Shown piece after piece: positions 1-5,013 of a stretch of 5,013 nucleotides of DNA. The notes beneath the pieces were generated by a model, which worked only from the letters and a program-made list of their open reading frames with translations, was not told the DNA's origin and searched no databases. The position numbers and the translations under genes are program-made. The DNA lies in the IMG/VR virus record IMGVR_UViG_2534682088_000014; one strand, 5' to 3'. Source of the DNA: a virus (lineage: Duplodnaviria > Heunggongvirae > Uroviricota > Caudoviricetes). Every line of letters starts with the position of its first letter. The first letter of the stretch is position 1.

Positions 1-2399
1 AGGACCGACCGTCGGATAAGGTGTGGACCTATAACCGCAGTAATGTGGTGATGCCGGATGATGGTGCGCCGTTCCGCTACAGCTTCAGCGCCCTGAAAGA
101 CCGCCATAATGCTGTTGAGGTGAACTGGATTGACCCGGATAACGGCTGGGAGACGGCGACAGAGCTTGTGGAGGACACGCAGGCCATTGCCCGTTACGGT
201 CGTAACGTCACGAAGATGGATGCCTTTGGCTGTACCAGCCGGGGGCAGGCACACCGCGCCGGGCTGTGGCTGATTAAAACGGAACTGCTGGAGACGCAGA
301 CCGTGGATTTCAGCGTGGGTGCTGAAGGGCTTCGCCATGTACCGGGCGATGTCATTGAAATCTGCGATGATGACTATGCCGGTATCAGCACCGGTGGTCG
401 CGTGCTGGCGGTGAACAGCCAGACCCGGACGCTGACGCTCGACCGTGAAATCACGCTGCCATCCTCCGGTACCACGCTGATAAGCCTGGTTGACGGTCAG
501 GGTAATCCGGTCAGCGTGGAGGTCCAGTCCGTCACCGACGGCGTGAAGGTGAAAGTGAGCCGTGTTCCTGACGGCGTTGCAGAATACAGCGTGTGGGGGC
601 TGAAGCTGCCGACGCTGCGCCAGCGCCTGTTCCGCTGCGTGAGTATCCGTGAGAACGATGACGGCACGTATGCCATCACCGCCGTGCAGCATGTACCGGA
701 GAAAGAAGCCATCGTGGATAACGGGGCGCACTTTGACGGTGACCAGAGCGGCACGGTGAATGGTGTCACGCCGCCAGCAGTGCAGCACCTGACCGCCGAA
801 GTCACTGCAGACAGCGGGGAATATCAGGTGCTGGCGCGATGGGACACACCGAAGGTGGTGAAGGGCGTGAGCTTCCTGCTCCGTCTGACCGTAACAGCGG
901 ACGACGGCAGTGAGCGACTGGTCAGCACGGCCCGGACGACGGAAACCACATACCGCTTCACGCAACTGGCGCTGGGGAACTACAGGCTGACAGTCCGGGC
1001 GGTAAATGCCCGGGGGCAGCAGGGCGATCCGGCGTCGGTATCGTTCCGGATTGCCGCACCGGCAGCACCGTCGAGGATTGAGCTGACGCCGGGCTATTTT
1101 CAGATAACCGCCACGCCGCATCTTGCCGTTTATGACCCGACGGTACAGTTTGAGTTCTGGTTCTCGGAAAAGCGGATTGCGGATATCAGGCAGATTGAAA
1201 CCGCAGCCCGCTATCTTGGCTCGGCGCTGTACTGGATAGCTGCCAGTATCAATATCAAACCGGGCCATGATTATTATTTTTATATCCGCAGTGTGAATAC
1301 TGTTGGCAAATCGGCATTCGTGGAGGCTGTCGGTCGGGCGAGCGATGATGCGGAAGGTTACCTGGATTTTTTCAAAGGAGAAATCGGGAAAACACATCTG
1401 GCCCAGGAGTTGTGGACGCAGATTGATAACGGTCAGCTTGCGCCGGACCTGGCTGAAATCAGGACGTCCATTACGAATGTCAGCAATGAAATCACGCAGA
1501 CCGTCAATAAAAAAATGGAAGACCAGAGTGCGGCAATCCAGCAGATACAGAAAGTTCAGGTTGATACAAATAATAACCTGAACAGCATGTGGGCCGTGAA
1601 ACTGCAGCAGATGAAGGACGGACGCCTTTATATTGCGGGTATCGGTGCCGGTATTGAGAACGCCCCTGACGGCATGCAGAGTCAGGTGCTTCTGGCTGCT
1701 GACCGGATTGCGATGATTAATCCTGCGAATGGCAACACAAAGCCGATGTTTGTTGGTCAGGGCGATCAGATATTCATGAACGACGTGTTCCTGAAACGCC
1801 TGACGGCTCCGACCATTACCAGCGGCGGTAATCCTCCGGCATTTTCCCTGACACCGGACGGGCGGCTGACGGTGAAAAATGCCGATATCAGCGGTAACGT
1901 GAATGCGAACTCCGGGACGCTCAACAACGTCACGATTAACGAGAACTGTCGGGTTCTGGGAAAATTGTCCGCGAACCAGATTGAAGGCGATCTCGTTAAA
2001 ACAGTGGGCAAAGCTTTCCCCCGGGACTCCCGTGCACCGGAGCGGTGGCCATCAGGAACCATTACCGTCAGGGTTTATGACGATCAGCCGTTTGACCGGC
2101 AGATTGTTATTCCGGCGGTGGCATTCAGCGGCGCTAAACATGAGAAAGAGCATACTGATATTTACTCCTCATGCCGTCTGATAGTGCGGAAAAACGGTGC
2201 TGAAATTTATAACCGTACCGCGCTGGATAATACGCTGATTTACAGTGGTGTTATTGATATGCCTGCCGGTCACGGTCACATGACACTGGAGTTTTCGGTG
2301 TCAGCATGGCTGGTAAATAACTGGTATCCCACAGCAAGTATCAGCGATTTGCTGGTTGTGGTGATGAAGAAAGCCACTGCAGGCATCACGATTAGCTGA
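1..2399 (+). CDS. J: Tail-tip host specificity protein J (central and C-terminal part; 5' end lies upstream of the window)
   Basis: Frame 3 is open from the window edge (codons 3..20 = D-R-P-S-D-K, no stop) through the track ORF 21..2399 to TGA at 2397-2399, so the GTG at 21 is not the real start. The translation carries motifs I recognise from lambda gpJ (e.g. [73 protein letters not shown] near the C-terminus). Gene order J-lom-stf matches lambda. Confidence 0.9.
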   Translation, partial: DRPSDKVWTYNRSNVVMPDDGAPFRYSFSALKDRHNAVEVNWIDPDNGWETATELVEDTQAIARYGRNVTKMDAFGCTSRGQAHRAGLWLIKTELLETQTVDFSVGAEGLRHVPGDVIEICDDDYAGISTGGRVLAVNSQTRTLTLDREITLPSSGTTLISLVDGQGNPVSVEVQSVTDGVKVKVSRVPDGVAEYSVWGLKLPTLRQRLFRCVSIRENDDGTYAITAVQHVPEKEAIVDNGAHFDGDQSGTVNGVTPPAVQHLTAEVTADSGEYQVLARWDTPKVVKGVSFLLRLTVTADDGSERLVSTARTTETTYRFTQLALGNYRLTVRAVNARGQQGDPASVSFRIAAPAAPSRIELTPGYFQITATPHLAVYDPTVQFEFWFSEKRIADIRQIETAARYLGSALYWIAASINIKPGHDYYFYIRSVNTVGKSAFVEAVGRASDDAEGYLDFFKGEIGKTHLAQELWTQIDNGQLAPDLAEIRTSITNVSNEITQTVNKKMEDQSAAIQQIQKVQVDTNNNLNSMWAVKLQQMKDGRLYIAGIGAGIENAPDGMQSQVLLAADRIAMINPANGNTKPMFVGQGDQIFMNDVFLKRLTAPTITSGGNPPAFSLTPDGRLTVKNADISGNVNANSGTLNNVTINENCRVLGKLSANQIEGDLVKTVGKAFPRDSRAPERWPSGTITVRVYDDQPFDRQIVIPAVAFSGAKHEKEHTDIYSSCRLIVRKNGAEIYNRTALDNTLIYSGVIDMPAGHGHMTLEFSVSAWLVNNWYPTASISDLLVVVMKKATAGITIS
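770..1350 (+). other. Two tandem fibronectin type III-like domains within J (approximate boundaries)
   Basis: Two consecutive ~95-aa segments ([11 protein letters not shown]...SVSFRIAAP and [14 protein letters not shown]...[13 protein letters not shown]) each end in a Y-x-[FI]-x-[VI]-R-[AS]-VN motif typical of the FN3 fold. Assignment rests on recollection that lambda gpJ contains FN3 domains. Confidence 0.45.
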
Positions 2400-2417
2400 A
2401 TTTTATAACCCAGATAC

Positions 2418-2443
2418 GGGCGCCAGAAATGACGCCTTTTTTA
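2418..2443 (+). terminator. Weak hairpin plus T-tract immediately after the J stop (possible partial terminator/attenuator)
   Basis: GGGCG (2418-2422) can pair with CGCCT (2433-2437, one G:U) around a 10-nt loop, followed by TTTTTT (2437-2442). The stem is short, so this is tentative. Confidence 0.25.
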
Positions 2444-2455
2444 TTGCAGAGAAGC

Positions 2456-2461
2456 GAGAGG
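2456..2461 (+). promoter_or_regulatory. Ribosome-binding site for lom
   Basis: GAGAGG sits 5 nt upstream of the ATG at 2467. Confidence 0.55.
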
Positions 2462-2466
2462 TAATT

Positions 2467-3067
2467 ATGCGTAAACTTTATGCCGCCATTTTGTCCGCAG
2501 CCATTTGTCTGGCCGTATCCGGTGCGCCTGCATGGGCGTCTGAACATCAGTCCACGCTGAGCGCGGGGTATCTTCATGCCCGGACGAACGTTCCCGGCAG
2601 TGATGATCTGAACGGGATTAACGTGAAATACCGTTATGAGTTTACGGACGCGCTGGGGCTAATTACGTCCTTCAGTTATGCCAATGCTGAGGATGCGCCA
2701 GATTACCCGTTACAGCGATACCCGCTGGCATGAAGATTCCGTTCGTAACCGCTGGTTCAGCGTGATGGCGGGGCCGTCTGTGCGCGTGAATGAATGGTTC
2801 AGCGCGTATGCGATGGCGGGTGTGGCTTACAGCCGTGTGTCGACTTTCTCCGGGGATTATCTCCGCGTAACTGACAACAAGGGGAAAACGCACGATGTGC
2901 TGACCGGAAGTGATGACGGTCGCCACAGCAACACGTCTCTGGCGTGGGGGGCTGGCGTGCAGTTTAACCCGACCGAATCCGTGACCATTGACCTTGCTTA
3001 TGAAGGTTCCGGTAGTGGCGACTGGCGATCGGATGCATTTATTGTTGGTATCGGATACCGTTTCTGA
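2467..3067 (+). pseudogene. lom: lom-like outer-membrane protein gene (Ail/Lom/OmpX/PagC family), interrupted by a frameshift
   Basis: The frame-1 ORF 2467..2733 encodes a signal peptide (MRKLYAAILSAAICLAVSGAPAWA|SEHQ) and the N-terminal part, matching my recollection of lambda Lom. Homology then continues in frame 2 (track ORF 2678..3067: ...TRYSDTRWHEDSVRNRWFSVMAGPSVRVNEW...GYRF, ending in the aromatic residue typical of OM beta-barrels). The switch lies in the 16 nt at 2683-2698, which is not a multiple of 3; frame 1 stops at 2731-2733. Position directly after J matches lambda. Confidence 0.75.
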
Positions 3068-3171
3068 CAACAGACGCCGATTTATCTTCTGTAAATATTG
3101 TTATGATACGCAGGTTCATCCACCTTATGGGGTGAACTGCGTTTGAGGAAACGTAAAGTTACACTGTCCTG

Positions 3172-3207
3172 AAGCCCGTGGCGTCACTGCTGCGGGCTTT
3201 TTTTATT
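3172..3207 (+). terminator. Rho-independent terminator downstream of lom
   Basis: AAGCCCG (3172-3178) pairs with CGGGCUU (3193-3199), with further inner pairs (UG/GC with GC/UG) closing a hexaloop GUCACU (3183-3188). A run of 7 T (3198-3204) follows. It lies 105 nt after the lom stop and 12 nt before the stf ATG. Confidence 0.6.
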
Positions 3208-3213
3208 GGTGGA
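3208..3213 (+). promoter_or_regulatory. Ribosome-binding site for stf
   Basis: GGTGGA sits 5 nt upstream of the ATG at 3219. Confidence 0.45.
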
Positions 3214-3218
3214 AAAGT

Positions 3219-5013
3219 ATGACAGTAAAAATTTCTGGCGTGCTTAAAGATGGCACAGGAAAACCAGTACAGAACTGCACCATTGTGCTGAAGGCCAGAC
3301 GAACCAGCAGCACGGTGGTGGTGAACACGGTGGCCTCTGAAAATCCGGATGAAGCCGGACGTTACAGCATGGATGTTGAGCATGGTCAGTACAGCGTCAC
3401 CCTGCTGGTTGAAGGTTTTCCGCCTTCACATGCCGGGACCATTACCGTCTATGAAGGTTCCAGACCAGGTACGCTGAATGATTTTCTCGGTGCCATGACG
3501 GAGGATGATGTCCGACCGGAGGCACTGCGCCGCTTTGAGCAGATGGTGGAAGAAGTGTCACGTAACGCCTCCGCGGTTGCACAGAATACGGCAGCCGCGA
3601 AAAAATCAGCCAGCGATGCCAGTGCATCAGCCAGCGAGGCGGTAACTCATGCAACCGATGCTGCAGCCTCAGCACGTGCCGCCAGCACGTCAGCCGGACA
3701 GGCCGCGTCGTCGGCTCAGTCAGCGTCTTCCAGCGCAGGAACGGCATCAACAAAGGCCAGTGAAGCATCGAAAAGTGCTGCTGCTGCAGAGTCCTCAAAA
3801 AGCGCGGCAGCTACCAGTGCCGCTGCGGCGAAAACGTCAGAAACGAATGCGGCAGCGTCACAACAATCAGCAGCCACTTCTGCATCCGCCGCGACCACGA
3901 AGGCGTCAGAAGCAGCCACCTCAGCCCGGGATGCGGCGGCCTCAAAAGAGGCAGCGAAATCATCAGAAACGAACGCATCCTCGAGCGCCAGTAGCGCAGC
4001 TTCCTCGGCAACGGCGGCAGGAAATTCCGCGAAGGCGGCAAAAACGTCAGAGACGAACGCCAGGTCTTCTGAAACGGCAGCGGGACAGAGCGCCTCGGCT
4101 GCGGCAGGCTCAAAAACAGCGGCTGCGTCGTCTGCCAGTGCAGCGTCAACAAGTGCCGGGCAGGCCTCAGCCAGTGCCACCGCCGCCGGAAAATCGGCAG
4201 AAAGCGCCGCATCGTCTGCTTCAACAGCCACAACGAAGGCTGGCGAAGCCACTGAACAGGCCAGCGCAGCAGCGAGGTCTGCTTCCGCAGCGAAGACATC
4301 CGAAACGAACGCGAAAGCGTCGGAAACCAGCGCAGAATCCTCAAAAACGGCTGCCGCATCGTCCGCCAGTTCGGCGGCGTCATCGGCATCATCTGCGTCT
4401 GCTTCAAAAGATGAGGCGACCAGACAGGCGTCAGCAGCGAAGGGTAGCGCCACGACGGCATCCACGAAGGCGACAGAGGCAGCTGGCAGTGCGACGGCAG
4501 CAGCTCAGAGCAAAAGTACGGCGGAATCTGCAGCAACGCGCGCTGAGACAGCGGCAAAACGGGCAGAGGATATTGCATCCGCCGTGGCGCTTGAGGATGC
4601 GAGCACGACGAAAAAGGGGATAGTACAGCTCAGCAGTGCGACTAACAGCACTTCCGAGTCACTGGCGGCAACGCCAAAAGCCGTTAAGGCCGCGTATGAG
4701 CTGGCTAACGGGAAATACACCGCACAGGATGCAACGACAGCACAGAAAGGGATAGTTCAGCTTAGCAACGCGACCAACAGCACATCTGAAATGCTGGCGG
4801 CAACGCCAAAGTCGGTAAAGGCAGCCTATGACCTTGCTAACGGGAAATATACTGCTCAGGACGCTACGACAGCACAAAAAGGAATTGTCCAGCTCAGTAG
4901 TGCAACCAACAGCACATCTGAAATGCTGGCGGCAACGCCAAAGTCGGTAAAGGCAGCCTATGACCTTGCTAACGGGAAATATACTGCTCAGGACGCTACG
5001 ACAGCACAAAAAG
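3219..5013 (+). CDS. stf: Side tail fibre protein Stf (N-terminal ~598 aa; 3' end lies beyond the window)
   Basis: Not in the ORF track because there is no in-window stop. Hand translation of frame 3 from ATG 3219 gives MTVKISGVLKDGTGKPVQNCTIVLKARRTSSTVVVNTVASENPDEAGRYSMDVEHGQYSVTLLVEGFPPSHAGTITVYEGSRPGTLNDFL..., which matches my recollection of the lambda Stf N-terminus. It continues without a stop through a long Ala/Ser/Thr-rich region and the tail-fibre repeat motif KGIVQLSSATNSTSE.LAATPK to 5013. Confidence 0.9.
   Translation, partial: MTVKISGVLKDGTGKPVQNCTIVLKARRTSSTVVVNTVASENPDEAGRYSMDVEHGQYSVTLLVEGFPPSHAGTITVYEGSRPGTLNDFLGAMTEDDVRPEALRRFEQMVEEVSRNASAVAQNTAAAKKSASDASASASEAVTHATDAAASARAASTSAGQAASSAQSASSSAGTASTKASEASKSAAAAESSKSAAATSAAAAKTSETNAAASQQSAATSASAATTKASEAATSARDAAASKEAAKSSETNASSSASSAASSATAAGNSAKAAKTSETNARSSETAAGQSASAAAGSKTAAASSASAASTSAGQASASATAAGKSAESAASSASTATTKAGEATEQASAAARSASAAKTSETNAKASETSAESSKTAAASSASSAASSASSASASKDEATRQASAAKGSATTASTKATEAAGSATAAAQSKSTAESAATRAETAAKRAEDIASAVALEDASTTKKGIVQLSSATNSTSESLAATPKAVKAAYELANGKYTAQDATTAQKGIVQLSNATNSTSEMLAATPKSVKAAYDLANGKYTAQDATTAQKGIVQLSSATNSTSEMLAATPKSVKAAYDLANGKYTAQDATTAQK
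3663..4586 (+). repeat. Degenerate 42-bp (14-codon) periodic array inside stf, about 22 units
   Basis: When the Stf translation is cut every 14 residues from 3663, units align: AASARAASTSAGQA, ASSAQSASSSAGTA, STKASEASKSAAAA, ESSKSAAATSAAAA, KTSETNAAASQQSA, ATSASAATTKASEA ... ASSASAASTSAGQA ... ESSKTAAASSASSA ... STKATEAAGSATAA. Ala is nearly invariant at position 14. The K[TS]SETNA motif recurs at 3831, 3957, 4041 and 4293, with offsets of 126, 84 and 252 nt, all multiples of 42. Confidence 0.7.
4614..5013 (+). repeat. 132-bp (44-codon) in-frame tandem repeats in stf: three full copies plus the start of a fourth
   Basis: Copies start at 4614, 4746 and 4878; a fourth starts at 5010 and is cut by the window. 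Each encodes KGIVQLS[SN]ATNSTSE[SM]LAATPK[AS]VKAAY[ED]LANGKYTAQDATTAQ. Copies 2 and 3 are identical over 109 nt (4773-4881 versus 4905-5013); copy 1 is roughly 80% identical. The motif matches the conserved phage tail fibre repeat that lambda Stf carries once. Confidence 0.9.

Noticed and set aside
21-23. GTG at 21 as the start codon of the 792-aa ORF
   Set aside because: The frame is open back to the window edge (positions 3-20 encode DRPSDK) and the protein corresponds to the middle of J, so the gene begins upstream of the window.
1509-1515. A7 homopolymer inside J as a possible programmed slippage site
   Set aside because: It reads cleanly as AAT-AAA-AAA-ATG (N-K-K-M) in the J frame. No downstream out-of-frame ORF of any length or conservation makes a frameshift product plausible.
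497-2181. Track ORFs inside J: 497..805 (-), 1303..1581 (+, very basic 92 aa), 1766..2062 (-), 1903..2181 (+)
   Set aside because: All lie wholly within, or antisense to, the well-supported J frame. They show skewed composition with no recognisable motifs and no RBS context, so they are treated as shadow ORFs.
2467-3067. Treating the two lom fragments (88 aa and 129 aa) as two separate functional genes
   Set aside because: Neither fragment alone could form the 8-strand beta-barrel of the Ail/Lom family. The second fragment's ATG at 2678 is internal to the first ORF and has no obvious RBS.
2392-3383. Minus-strand ORFs 2392..2577, 2672..3070 and 3159..3383
   Set aside because: They are antisense to the lom start, the lom C-terminal half and the stf N-terminus respectively. 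The sense frames carry clear homology (signal peptide, Lom barrel, Stf N-terminal domain), so these are antisense artefacts.
3649-4623. 324-aa Arg/Gln/Pro-rich ORF in + frame 1 (protamine-like composition)
   Set aside because: It is the +1 shadow frame of the periodic GCN/TCN-rich stf repeat array; the extreme composition is what frame-shifted Ala/Ser codons produce. The true frame 3 runs continuously from the stf start with recognisable tail-fibre motifs.
3442-4720. Minus-strand ORFs 3442..3798, 3716..4465 (Ala/Asp-rich), 3811..4578 and 4505..4720
   Set aside because: They are reverse-complement shadows of the Ala/Ser-rich stf coding region; stop codons are depleted in every frame because of the composition bias.
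4659-5009. 116-aa minus-strand ORF with an internally repeated peptide (MCCRSVLSSIFPVSKVIGCLYRLWRCRQHFRCAVG, twice)
   Set aside because: The internal repetition only mirrors the 132-bp tandem repeats of stf on the opposite strand.
4614-5013. CRISPR array or other non-coding repeat as an explanation for the 132-bp tandem repeats
   Set aside because: The units are directly adjacent with no spacers, are a multiple of 3 in length, and lie in frame within stf, encoding a conserved tail-fibre motif.
1-5013. A novel defence or accessory system hidden in the window
   Set aside because: J, lom and stf together with their short spacers account for essentially the whole window, leaving no unexplained coding capacity. 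The novelty is limited to allelic and mosaic variation of known tail genes.

Overview
This window is the distal tail / host-range module of a lambda-like (lambdoid) enterobacterial phage or prophage, all on the + strand. It holds the 3' ~2.4 kb of the tail-tip host-specificity gene J (open to the left window edge), a lom homologue (Ail/Lom outer-membrane protein, a lysogenic-conversion 'moron') that is split by a frameshift, a rho-independent terminator, and the 5' ~1.8 kb of the side tail fibre gene stf (open to the right window edge). The stf reading frame is absent from the supplied ORF track because it has no stop inside the window; it was recovered by translating frame 3 from the ATG at 3219. 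I do not see a novel defence or other undescribed system here. All remaining long ORFs in the track are shadow frames of J, lom or the repetitive Ala/Ser-rich stf region. What is worth a second look is variation in host-range determinants: a J that is mosaic relative to lambda, with a divergent C-terminal receptor-binding end; a frameshifted lom; and a stf with a 14-codon periodic shaft array followed by expanded 132-bp tandem repeats. Comparisons to lambda proteins are from memory, not from a database search.
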